Of a stretch of 64,000 bases of DNA, positions 28,847 to 38,423 are shown one piece after another. A program made the translations under genes and the position numbers. The stretch is taken from positions 130,252-194,251 of the forward strand of contig CAYLMU010000001.1 in the NCBI GenBank assembly GCA_964385105.1, given 5' to 3'. The first letter of the stretch is position 1. Each line of letters begins with the position of its first letter. The notes beneath the pieces are model-generated. The model was not told the origin of the DNA. It did no database searches and saw nothing but the letters and a program-made list of their open reading frames with translations. Source of the DNA: an uncultured Candidatus Saccharibacteria bacterium (GTDB lineage Bacteria > Patescibacteriota > WWE3 > UBA101185 > UBA10185).

Positions 28847-30577
28847 TTATTCCTTGTCAGTTTCATGGGATAAATATATTTTTTTTATGTCTTTCGCAGT
28901 ATAACCGTTTTTTTGCCATACAGTGTAGGTTGCTAACATTTTAATGCTCATTTGATTATTAAATGCTTCTTGTTGGGTTGTTTTCAACCTCCTTTGGAAG
29001 TAGTCAAACATGAATTGATATCTAAGTGGGGAAAGAGCATGTAATGTTGCTGGGTTTGTCACAAAAAGTCTAAAGGTGTCTGAGAAATCTTCTATTTTTC
29101 CTCTTGATTCGCTGTCTTTTCTTGCATAATTAACATACCAAGTAATAGCAGTATTATCTTCCTCCATTACCACTTCCCAGGCTCGCATTTCATCATACCT
29201 CATCATATGATGAGCATTATGCCCAAACTCATGCCACACAGTATCCATAAAGTCCGATCTGATTAATTCTCTCTGTAGCTCGTCTGCATTTTCTGGTGCA
29301 AATAGTTCACGATAAATTTCTATATCTGCAGAAACAAGGGTTTTGTCTTCAAACACAGGTACATATCTACCCATAGTTTCAACGGTCGGGTCATCTTTGG
29401 GAGATTTTTCCGGTCGAGGTTTATGACTTAAATTTCTTAAACCTTGAATGAAATCGGGAGGAAGTAATGTTCGTACTTCCTGGAGAATATCTTCAGGTGT
29501 TATAACAGCTACTAGACCTTCAGGTGGTGTAAAGCCATCAAACCTTACCTCATTAACTGATACATCAGTTTCTAATAAATCGATTCTTTGGCGATCTTGT
29601 CTTAAAGTTTCTTCAGTTGGTGGCAGGTGACCTAAACGTCTGTGTTTTTCAACAGCTTTGTTAATATATTTAGCAGCCGCTGCAATAAATTCCGGGTCAA
29701 AACCTATTTCTCTGAAATTCTCAAAAAACTCATACTCCTCATCATCCGCTTCTTCCCTATTTCTTTCAATGCTTAATACATTTTGTACTCTAGCTAACGC
29801 AAGATCAAACGGATACCAGGATGACAAAGTGTGCTGATAAACGGCTCGTAGTCTATTGTAACTTTCCAGCTGTTCCATAACGTTATTTACATAAGTCACC
29901 ACCTCCATACGATAATCTTCCATCTGTACTAATTCCTGACCACTTTCAAAATTTCTAATTGGCTCATCATCAAGAAACCCTTTTTCCTTCCATCTTTTCG
30001 CGTAAGCTGCAAGTGTTCTACAATGAAAATCATAATTGTGGAAATTTCTTTGACTGTCACTGGTTGTTGCAATATCATGTTGATATCTTCTCAATTCATA
30101 AATTTCTCTAGCAGTAGTATCGAGAAGTTCGACATGACCGTCAGGGTCACGGTTTTTTTCATCAAAATATTCAAAAACTGCATCATAATTTAATCTTTCG
30201 GATAAGTTTTGTATCATATTTTGATAATCTTCTCTTCTGTATGGTGTCATTTCAGTTTCGAGTCTTTGTTGTTGTGCGTTAAGTTTTTTAAACTCTTGCA
30301 TTGCACGTCTTACTCTATTTGCTATAGGTAACATTTTGTATGGCACAAGTTCATCAAATATATCATTACTGATTTCTTCTTCAGCTAATCGACTTGATAG
30401 TTCGTCTATAATCAGCTTGTCTCTTTCGGGTAGCTCCTCGATATCATCTCTTAAAGGATTTAATGCTTCGTCAAATTCAGTAAAGGTTTGTTCTAGAGCG
30501 CGCATATCAGCTTCGATATCCTCACGTGGGCGTGTGGGTAAGGTTTCATTATCGGAATTCTTTTCATCGGTGGTCAC
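28847..30577 (-). CDS. Helical protein with a C-terminal zincin-like metallopeptidase domain
   Basis: HEFGH followed by TWYV.YA and EDFSDTF. Confidence 0.7.
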   Translation of the reverse strand: MTTDEKNSDNETLPTRPREDIEADMRALEQTFTEFDEALNPLRDDIEELPERDKLIIDELSSRLAEEEISNDIFDELVPYKMLPIANRVRRAMQEFKKLNAQQQRLETEMTPYRREDYQNMIQNLSERLNYDAVFEYFDEKNRDPDGHVELLDTTAREIYELRRYQHDIATTSDSQRNFHNYDFHCRTLAAYAKRWKEKGFLDDEPIRNFESGQELVQMEDYRMEVVTYVNNVMEQLESYNRLRAVYQHTLSSWYPFDLALARVQNVLSIERNREEADDEEYEFFENFREIGFDPEFIAAAAKYINKAVEKHRRLGHLPPTEETLRQDRQRIDLLETDVSVNEVRFDGFTPPEGLVAVITPEDILQEVRTLLPPDFIQGLRNLSHKPRPEKSPKDDPTVETMGRYVPVFEDKTLVSADIEIYRELFAPENADELQRELIRSDFMDTVWHEFGHNAHHMMRYDEMRAWEVVMEEDNTAITWYVNYARKDSESRGKIEDFSDTFRLFVTNPATLHALSPLRYQFMFDYFQRRLKTTQQEAFNNQMSIKMLATYTVWQKNGYTAKDIKKIYLSHETDKE

Positions 30578-30782
30578 TTTTTTATTTTAACACCGTAAAG
30601 ATATAGCTCGATAGCATCTTGTTAAGTTTTAAGCGTTAGAACGAGTACTCAATTGTTATATCTTAAAAAAAGCGGCTATTACCCGTTGGATGGTATCCGT
30701 TTTTCCTCTGGTCGACTATAGTTGATGATCTTCGCAACTATTTTATGACCCTTAAAGAACTTGTTTATATTCTTTATTTTGC

Positions 30783-32039
30783 TTAAGTTACTTCTTCCCA
30801 GACGAAATAATTGGTTTTCCTGGGTTGATCTTCGGTATATCCTTCAGGTTTATAAGGAACTTTTTTGCCGTTAATTTCATAATGAGTGCAAACCTTAATA
30901 TTTTCATTTTCTCTTGCGATATCTAGATGTGTAAATCCAGCATGGCTTATGCCCGATACAAAAGTGTTGTATTTTAAAAATGGTAAGTCGATATAGCAAA
31001 TGTCACGAGGTCGACTTGTTGTTGTACCGTATTCATGTGCTGTATCACGTACCCATTGAGCCCACTCGTTGTTAACTTGTGTAGGCATTGTTCTGGCTCC
31101 TACGCTTGACATATAGGTTGCTTTTAGAATTCCTATTGTTTGCTCAATGTTTGTTGGTTTCCAATATCGAGTGCCATATAAAATGGCAAATGATGTGGTA
31201 GGAGTTGTTGTCATATCACCTCGAGTTCCAAACCACGGGTCAAGACCTGCAGCTTGTGCCAACTCAAAAATCACTCCTGCTTTCTCATCATTGAATATTT
31301 TTTCATGAAGCAAAAAAGTATCTTTTACAATGTTTTTTTCCAGCAGCCGGTGGCGGGTTTCTTCAAGTCGAGCTAAAAACTCTTTTTTTGTGCCAATTTT
31401 ACGAGTGCAGCTTTTTTGTTGTAGTTTTGTTTGATTAAAGTCCGGAACGTCAATGTCTTTAAGCTCCATGTCATATGCGTTAAAAAGTTTTTGCATATTT
31501 TCGTATTTTTTATTTAAAACTTCTTTCCAATCATCCGCAACTAGATTTTTTACAAATAAACCTGTTTTGTCGTAGTATTCAGCTGTAGTTGGGCCAATGC
31601 CGCGTCCGGTGCCTCCTTTTGCATTACCGCTTAATGTACGATTTAATACTTCTTTTGCACGGTGCAGGTCTGTATTTAACATTGCATCGCCAGATAATAT
31701 AACCCGGTCACTAAACTTTCCTACCTTTTCTTCCACATAGTCTATTTCATCAAGCAAATCTTCTACGTTTAACACCATTCCCGCATCTAAAACCTCTATA
31801 GCTTCATCATAAAAAACTCCCGATGGAAGCTGATGGAGTCCCAAACGAACATTATCTTTTTCAACCGTATGGCCTGCATTATTTCCTCCCTGGCATCGTA
31901 TAACATAAATTTTTGAAAGTTTTTTGTTGGTTAAATAGTTTTTAATTATATTGTCTACAATTCGTCCCTTGCCTTCATCGCCAAGTTGTAATCCCATTAC
32001 AGCTGCAGAGTTTTTTCGAATAGAATTTGATGGATTCAT
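30783..32039 (-). CDS. purA: Adenylosuccinate synthetase, apparently C-terminally truncated
   Basis: QLGDEGKG, GGNNAGHT, GTGRGIGP, EYGTTTSRPR and THLD motifs; terminal motifs missing. Confidence 0.88.
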   Translation of the reverse strand: MNPSNSIRKNSAAVMGLQLGDEGKGRIVDNIIKNYLTNKKLSKIYVIRCQGGNNAGHTVEKDNVRLGLHQLPSGVFYDEAIEVLDAGMVLNVEDLLDEIDYVEEKVGKFSDRVILSGDAMLNTDLHRAKEVLNRTLSGNAKGGTGRGIGPTTAEYYDKTGLFVKNLVADDWKEVLNKKYENMQKLFNAYDMELKDIDVPDFNQTKLQQKSCTRKIGTKKEFLARLEETRHRLLEKNIVKDTFLLHEKIFNDEKAGVIFELAQAAGLDPWFGTRGDMTTTPTTSFAILYGTRYWKPTNIEQTIGILKATYMSSVGARTMPTQVNNEWAQWVRDTAHEYGTTTSRPRDICYIDLPFLKYNTFVSGISHAGFTHLDIARENENIKVCTHYEINGKKVPYKPEGYTEDQPRKTNYFVWEEVT

Positions 32040-32134
32040 TTTATCCTGTTACAAATTAACACACCCAATTAACAATCACAATTAAATAGTTTTATTGAAA
32101 TGCTTTATACTAATGTATATACTTCAACTTATTT

Positions 32135-32365
32135 ATGAACAAACTTAAGTGGCTAAGAAGACATTGGAAACTGGTTTTGGCAGTAATTTATGTACTGTCA
32201 CCTGTAGATATTATTCCGGAGGCAATTGTGGGCCCGTTAGGAATACCGGATGATATTTTGGTGGTTCTTGGCGCTGTTGTCAGTTATATAAAAGAAAAGC
32301 GTGAACAGGATAAAATTAGGTTTGACGCAGAAGGTGAAGTGTTTGAGGGTGAGGTTGAGGAGTAA
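32135..32365 (+). CDS. YkvA/DUF1232 family protein
   Basis: YVLSPVDIIPE..GPLG..DD motif. Confidence 0.9.
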   Translation: MNKLKWLRRHWKLVLAVIYVLSPVDIIPEAIVGPLGIPDDILVVLGAVVSYIKEKREQDKIRFDAEGEVFEGEVEE

Positions 32366-32367
32366 AT

Positions 32368-34647
32368 ATGCCGGTTCAAATGCCAAAAAGGTATAGCCAC
32401 AAAGAATCTGAGCCCAGAATTTACAAAATGTGGGAAGATGGAGATTATTTTAAAGCTCATGTTGACGAAACCAAAGAACCGTTTACCATTATTTTGCCCC
32501 CTCCAAATGCAAGCGGTAAAATGCACACGGGAAATGTTCTCATGCTCGCAATCGAAGATTTATTAATACGTTGGAAAAGAATGCAGGGCTATAACGCACT
32601 TTGGATTCCCGGAACTGATCATGCAGGAATAGAAACTCAAGTAACTTTTGAACGAGAACTTAACAAAGAAGGTAAGTCTCGGCTGGATTTTGACCGCAAC
32701 ACGCTATATAAAAAAATCTGGGATTTTGTTCACAAAAATAAAAGCAATATTGAAGGGCAAATTAGAAGCATGGGCGCAAGTGTTGATTGGAGCAGGTACA
32801 AATTTACTTTGGATGAAAGCTCAATTACCACTACGACTGACACTTTTAAAAAACTCCACGATGAAGGTTTGATTTACAGAGATGAATATTTGGTAAATTA
32901 TTGCCCGATTTGCGGTTCAACTTATGCAGACGTTGAGCTAAAGCATGAACAAAGGCAAACTCCTATGTATTACATAAAATATAAACTGGTTGAACCTAAT
33001 GGCAATGACCCTGAGTTTTTAACGGTTGCCACAACAAGACCTGAACCGATTTTTGTTGATACACATGTGGCTGTGAATCCTGATGATAAATCAAAGAGTA
33101 AGTTTATTGGTAGAAAAGTCTTAAATCCGTTGACCGGTGCTGAGATGGAAGTTGTTGCAGATGAATTTGTAGACCCCGAATTTGGCACGGGTGTGGTTAA
33201 AATGACACCTGCACACGACAAGAATGATTTTGAGGCGGCAAAAAAGCACAATATACCAATAATTTCTGCTTTTGATTTAAACGGCAAGGTAAATGAAAGA
33301 GGCGGTGAACTTGCCGGATTATCTATTAAAAATGCTCGTGAACGAGCTGTTGAAATAATTAAAGAAAAAGGTTTGTTGGAAAAAATTGATGAAGTTTATG
33401 AAAACACAACAGCTTTGTGTAAAGGCGGCCATGTTATCGAACCTATGGTTTTGCCAAACTGGTTTGTAAAAATTGATACACTAAAAAAACCGGCACACGA
33501 TGTTGTTAAAGAGGGCAAAGTTAAGATCTACCCTGAATGGCAAGAAGTAAAATACCATAGATGGATGGAAGAAATGCATGATTGGGCAATTTCAAGGCAG
33601 GTGGTGTGGGGAATTAGGATGCCTGTTTGGTACGACATTAACTTAAATCCTGATTTAACCGTCACATTTTTGTCAAAAGACAAAAGTGTGAAAGCTGGAA
33701 AAATAAGCGAATTATTAAAGGAACATTCTTTAGATGAAATTAAAGAAGGCTTGCAGGTGTTGTTTGCTCCGGTAACAGCACAGTACTCGATTGGTAGAGA
33801 ATCACCGGGCGAACAGTTTTTGCAAGAAACAGATACTTTTGATACCTGGTTTTCGTCCGGGCAGTGGCCGTTAATATTATTAAACTACCCTGAATCAGAA
33901 GATTTTAAATACTTTTACCCCACAAGTGTGCTTGAAACAGGCTGGGAAATATTAAGGTTGTGGGTGTCGCGAATGATTATGTTTGGAATTTACTTAACGG
34001 GGGAGGTGCCGTTTAGGGAAGTGTATTTGCATGGATTAGTTTATGCAATAGACGGTAGAAAAATGAGTAAAAGTTTAGGTAACGTTGTAAATCCTGAGGA
34101 ATACCAGGAAGAATTTGGAACAGATGCTTTGAGAATGGGTTTAATTGCAGGAACTGCCACCGGCCAGGACTTTAATTTTCCGCATGATCGTGTGGTGGCA
34201 TATAGAAATTTTGCCAACAAAATCTGGAATATGGCACGTTTTATGTTAATGATGTTTGATAATTTTGAAGAATCGGGTGCAAAAGTTTTAGAATTTAATG
34301 AAATTAATAAGAATTCTCTACATGAGAAAGATTTATATGTATTGAAAGAATTAAATAATCTAATAAACACAACAAATTCTAATCTTGAAAAATATAGATT
34401 TGCCGACGCGGGAAATGATATTTATCATTTTATGTGGGATTTACTGGCATCAGATTACATTGAGCACGTAAAAGAGCGTGAAGATAAAGAAGTAGCGTTA
34501 GGTGTTTTAAAATATGTTTACTTAAATTCACTTAAACTATTACACCCTTTTATGCCCTTTGTAACCGAGGAAATATGGAATTTAATTCCTAAAGATGTAG
34601 TTGAACCTTTAATTGCTGCAAAATGGCCAGAAACTGGTGAATTTTAA
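32368..34647 (+). CDS. valS: Valine--tRNA ligase
   Basis: PPPN..G.MHTGN, GTDHAGIETQ, DWAISRQ, DTWFSS and KMSKS motifs. Confidence 0.97.
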   Translation: MPVQMPKRYSHKESEPRIYKMWEDGDYFKAHVDETKEPFTIILPPPNASGKMHTGNVLMLAIEDLLIRWKRMQGYNALWIPGTDHAGIETQVTFERELNKEGKSRLDFDRNTLYKKIWDFVHKNKSNIEGQIRSMGASVDWSRYKFTLDESSITTTTDTFKKLHDEGLIYRDEYLVNYCPICGSTYADVELKHEQRQTPMYYIKYKLVEPNGNDPEFLTVATTRPEPIFVDTHVAVNPDDKSKSKFIGRKVLNPLTGAEMEVVADEFVDPEFGTGVVKMTPAHDKNDFEAAKKHNIPIISAFDLNGKVNERGGELAGLSIKNARERAVEIIKEKGLLEKIDEVYENTTALCKGGHVIEPMVLPNWFVKIDTLKKPAHDVVKEGKVKIYPEWQEVKYHRWMEEMHDWAISRQVVWGIRMPVWYDINLNPDLTVTFLSKDKSVKAGKISELLKEHSLDEIKEGLQVLFAPVTAQYSIGRESPGEQFLQETDTFDTWFSSGQWPLILLNYPESEDFKYFYPTSVLETGWEILRLWVSRMIMFGIYLTGEVPFREVYLHGLVYAIDGRKMSKSLGNVVNPEEYQEEFGTDALRMGLIAGTATGQDFNFPHDRVVAYRNFANKIWNMARFMLMMFDNFEESGAKVLEFNEINKNSLHEKDLYVLKELNNLINTTNSNLEKYRFADAGNDIYHFMWDLLASDYIEHVKEREDKEVALGVLKYVYLNSLKLLHPFMPFVTEEIWNLIPKDVVEPLIAAKWPETGEF

Positions 34648-34655
34648 AATGAATT

Positions 34656-35462
34656 TTAATTAACTTTTGACTTAAAATCATACCTCTTTTGATAATCATG
34701 ACCAAAAAGTTCTTCAAAACTTTTTGAATTGGATTTATTGTAAATGCCGTTTGCAGTGCGGGTTATTGATAAAATAAATCCGATTTTATTTAAACTTTTT
34801 GATATATCTTGTGATAGTGAACGAACATACAAACCTTTTGACATATTTACCATGATTTTTGCAACACATATTGTTTGTTTGGGGTAATCGTTTAATAAAT
34901 CCATCCATCTCTGTTTCACTTCTTTTTGTCTTAAATCACCAGATACCCGGTCGATTTTATTTAAAATTTGAGTGGTAAGCTCATTTATAGTTACAATTCT
35001 TGTATCTAAAAGCTTAATATTATTAATATTACCAGAACGTTGCGGTAAATTAATTTCATCAAGTAAATTGTTTCTTGCATACCAATGAAGCGGCTTACCT
35101 TTTATTTTTATTGCAGAGTAAGGTGGTACTGTTTGTTCATATTTTCCAGCAAATTGCTTAAGTTTATTATTTAAGGTGGTTTCTGAGACTTTCTCATTTG
35201 AGAAATCTGTTGCAACAATTAAACCTAGCCCGTCATATGTATCAGTACTTATGCCAAAAGCAATTTCAAACTCGTATTCTTTTTCCCACGCGGCAAATTC
35301 ATATTTTTTATGTCTTTCTTCACCAAGTAAAACAATTATTACTCCCTCTGCCATTGGGTCAAGTGTACCTGTATGAGAAGTTTTGACCCCATATTTTTCT
35401 GATACTTTTTTGGCGATAATATGCGTTGAATAACCTACAGGTTGCCATATTGGTAAAATCAT
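34656..35462 (-). CDS. truB: tRNA pseudouridine synthase B-like
   Basis: HTGTLDPMAEGV, PP.YSAIK and SKG.YVRSL motifs. Confidence 0.88.
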   Translation of the reverse strand: MILPIWQPVGYSTHIIAKKVSEKYGVKTSHTGTLDPMAEGVIIVLLGEERHKKYEFAAWEKEYEFEIAFGISTDTYDGLGLIVATDFSNEKVSETTLNNKLKQFAGKYEQTVPPYSAIKIKGKPLHWYARNNLLDEINLPQRSGNINNIKLLDTRIVTINELTTQILNKIDRVSGDLRQKEVKQRWMDLLNDYPKQTICVAKIMVNMSKGLYVRSLSQDISKSLNKIGFILSITRTANGIYNKSNSKSFEELFGHDYQKRYDFKSKVN

Positions 35463-35477
35463 GTGTATATTCTAGCT

Positions 35478-36113
35478 ATGATTATTGTAAAAGGAAATAA
35501 AAGTGAAGAAATGAACAAATCTCAGTTGACTAGTGTAATTGATGCTTTCAAAAATGTTCATGTAGATATTGGTACAGGTGACGGCAGATTTATATATAAA
35601 AATGCACTTAAAAACCCTGAAACTTTTTATATTGGTGTTGATCCAAGTCAAAAACAACTTGAGCTGTATTCAAAAAAAGTTCTGAAAAATAAATTGAATA
35701 ATGTGCTTTTTGTAGTTGGTTCAATTGAGCTTTTTCCTGATGAACTTTACGGTATTGCGAGTAAAATAACAATAATTTTGCCGTGGGGGAGTTTACTTGG
35801 TGCGGTTGTTAGTGCAGATGAATATTTGCTTAATATACTAAAAAAAACTTTAAAGCAAAACGGGTCGATGCAGATGCTATTTGGGTATTCGCAAGAAATA
35901 GAGCCTACTGAAACATCCAGGCTTGAATTGGAAAATCTTGATATAAATTATATAAACTCAATTTTATTGCCAAAATATGAGGTTAACGGATTTAACTGCG
36001 TACAAGTCAAAGAATTAGATAAAAGAGATTTAAAACATTTTGAATCAACATGGAGCAGGAAACTGGTTTTCGGTCAAAATCGTCCCATGTTTTTGGTAGA
36101 GTTTACCATTTAA
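35478..36113 (+). CDS. NpmA/KamB-like 16S rRNA m1A1408 methyltransferase
   Basis: VHVDIGTGDGR, FYIGVDP, LPWGSLL and STWSRKL.FG match the NpmA family pattern. Confidence 0.8.
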   Translation: MIIVKGNKSEEMNKSQLTSVIDAFKNVHVDIGTGDGRFIYKNALKNPETFYIGVDPSQKQLELYSKKVLKNKLNNVLFVVGSIELFPDELYGIASKITIILPWGSLLGAVVSADEYLLNILKKTLKQNGSMQMLFGYSQEIEPTETSRLELENLDINYINSILLPKYEVNGFNCVQVKELDKRDLKHFESTWSRKLVFGQNRPMFLVEFTI

Positions 36114-36140
36114 AAACTTCTTGCTACACTTTAATAATAA

Positions 36141-37562
36141 ATGCCTGAACAATTGCCTATTGTAAATTCAAAAACAATAAAGCCTTTAGAAACAAAGCCT
36201 CTACCGCCTTCAATTTCTTTAAGAAGATTAATAGGTCCCAGTTTCATAATTTTAGGATTAGGTTTGGGAAGCGGTGAAATTATTTTATGGCCGTTTTTAA
36301 CATCAAACTATGGTATGGGAATCATTTGGGGTGCGGTTTTGGGTATAACATTTCAATTTTTTATGAATATGGAAATTGAACGTTATGCGCTTGCACGTGG
36401 TGAAAGCATATTTGTTGGATTTGCAAGAAAACTTAAAGCACTTCCAGTTTGGTTTTTAATTTCTACATTTTTACCGTGGATATGGCCTGGTATTGTTGCT
36501 GCTTCAGCTAAAATAATTGGTTCTTTATTTGGTATTGAAAAGACTCAATACATAGCAATCGGGTTTTTGATTTTAATGGGGCTAATTCTTTCGTTAGGGC
36601 CTGTTTTATACAAGACTGTTGAGACACTTCAAAAAATTTTAATATCCGTTGGAGTGCCTACCGTATTTTTGTTATCAATTATATTGGCACGCGGAGAACA
36701 TTTTGGAGCGCTTGCCCAAGGTTTACTTGGTTATGGTGATGGTTATAGATTTCTCCCCGCGGGAATTCCGATTGCCTCATTTTTAGCCGCTTTAGCGTAT
36801 GCGGGAGCCGGCGGGAATTTGAATTTAGCTCAATCATTTTATGCAAGAAACAAAGGTTATGGTATGGGAAAGTATGCTGGACAAATTACAAGTTTGTTTA
36901 CCGGCAAAAAGCAAAAAGTAGAACTGACCGGAGCAAGATTTGATATCACACCGGAAAACGTTTCAGAATTTAAAAAGTGGTGGAAAAACGTAAATATTGA
37001 ACATTTTATTGTATTTTGGCTTACAGGCTCTATCACAATAATTTTATTGGGTTTGTTGTCATATGTTACAACCTACGGTATATCCGAGGCCGCTTCAGGT
37101 ATTAATTTTGTGATTTTAGAGGGTCAGAGAATAGGTGAATTGCTATTTCCTGCAGCAGGAATATTCTTTTTACTTGTTGCCGGCATTACACTTTTTGGTA
37201 CACAACTCACCGTTTTTGATGCAACAAGCAGAATATTAACTGAAAACTTTTTACTGTTAAAAACTGGGAGAAAAACCCCCGATGTTCCTAAAATTTATTA
37301 TAGTGTACTGTGGTTGCAGATTCTTGCGGGAATAATTATTTTCTTGCTTGGATTTACTGAACCGTTACAGTTAATAATTATTGCAGCTGTACTTAACGCA
37401 TTTGCCATGTTTATTCATACTGGTTTAACGTTGTGGGTAAATTTGACATCTCTTGAAAATGAAATTAAGCCTTCAAAATTAAGAATTTTAGTTATGGTTA
37501 TGGCTTTTTTGTTTTACGGTGGATTTAGTGCTTACACAATTTATTCAAACGTGTTTAATTAA
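36141..37562 (+). CDS. Nramp-like (APC superfamily) transporter
   Basis: IGPSFI...GLGSGE..LWP and EIERY motifs; about 11 TM helices. Confidence 0.8.
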   Translation: MPEQLPIVNSKTIKPLETKPLPPSISLRRLIGPSFIILGLGLGSGEIILWPFLTSNYGMGIIWGAVLGITFQFFMNMEIERYALARGESIFVGFARKLKALPVWFLISTFLPWIWPGIVAASAKIIGSLFGIEKTQYIAIGFLILMGLILSLGPVLYKTVETLQKILISVGVPTVFLLSIILARGEHFGALAQGLLGYGDGYRFLPAGIPIASFLAALAYAGAGGNLNLAQSFYARNKGYGMGKYAGQITSLFTGKKQKVELTGARFDITPENVSEFKKWWKNVNIEHFIVFWLTGSITIILLGLLSYVTTYGISEAASGINFVILEGQRIGELLFPAAGIFFLLVAGITLFGTQLTVFDATSRILTENFLLLKTGRKTPDVPKIYYSVLWLQILAGIIIFLLGFTEPLQLIIIAAVLNAFAMFIHTGLTLWVNLTSLENEIKPSKLRILVMVMAFLFYGGFSAYTIYSNVFN

Positions 37563-37620
37563 TAATCTATGGAATAAACGACAATGCACTCTTATAACAG
37601 AAAGTGCATTGCCATAAATA

Positions 37621-37956
37621 CTACATTTGAGTTGGCATATCAGTGGATTGTGTCACTGATGGGGTTGTACCTTCTTCAACAATAGTAACCTTTAGGCCAC
37701 CGGTTAATTTCACAACAAAATTCCACACTAAACCTCCAATAATACCGCCAATAAATCCCAAAACACCATAAAATATAGGCATCAGAATTATCATACCAAC
37801 ACCTAAACCCGCCGCGAAACCTCCTAAGTCTGAATTGGTACCTAAAGCCATTGTAATAAGCCCATAAGGTAGACCAATAATAAGACCCATTAAAGCCCCT
37901 ATCAACCCTTGTACTTTAGCTAAAGAAACAATATCAACATTTTTTATTATTTTCAT
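37621..37956 (-). CDS. Small Gly-rich membrane protein
   Basis: AAGGAGGTGA RBS; two TM helices. Confidence 0.75.
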   Translation of the reverse strand: MKIIKNVDIVSLAKVQGLIGALMGLIIGLPYGLITMALGTNSDLGGFAAGLGVGMIILMPIFYGVLGFIGGIIGGLVWNFVVKLTGGLKVTIVEEGTTPSVTQSTDMPTQM

Positions 37957-38061
37957 TTTTTTTCACCTCCTTAGTACTTTTAACTTTATTGTTTAATTTT
38001 TTCATGATTTAGCGGTTTTGTCACTTTTAACCTTGCAGGTGATAAAATAACAAAGTGTTAT

Positions 38062-38138
38062 CGGGGTGTGGCGCAGTTGGCTAGCGCGTTCGCATGGGGT
38101 GCGAGAGGTCGCAGGTTCAAGTCCTGTCACCCCGACCA
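38062..38138 (+). tRNA. tRNA-Pro(GGG)
   Basis: CGGGGTG acceptor stem, TTCGC-ATGGGGT-GCGAG anticodon arm, CCA. Confidence 0.95.
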
Positions 38139-38144
38139 GGATAG

Positions 38145-38324
38145 TTGACACAGCAACAAACTTGTCTTAACATTTACTCACTATGCCAAGTAAAAGCATA
38201 AACAGACATCACTATAGGTGGCATGTTAGGACGTTACCAAGCGGGTCTGTTGAGTTGATGCTTATTTCATAATAGTAAAAACAAAACATATTTTTTAAAC
38301 AAACCCGCTTCGGCGGGTTTTTTT
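38145..38324 (+). promoter_or_regulatory. Promoter and leader-peptide transcription attenuator
   Basis: TTGACA-17 bp-TAACAT; uORF 38183-38272; terminator AAACCCGC-TTCG-GCGGGTTT plus T-run; antiterminator at 38239-38251. Confidence 0.75.
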
Positions 38325-38423
38325 GTACCTTGAAAATTCTATCCTTTAGAACAAGTAGCACTTCAAAATTGGAGTTCTACTTCACTCTAAAGGATAACAG
38401 TTTAAACACACAAGGAGAAAAGA

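Noticed and set aside
30615-30665. GTTRRRY-like motifs suggesting integron attC/attI
   Set aside because: No properly paired attC hairpin and no integron integrase in the window
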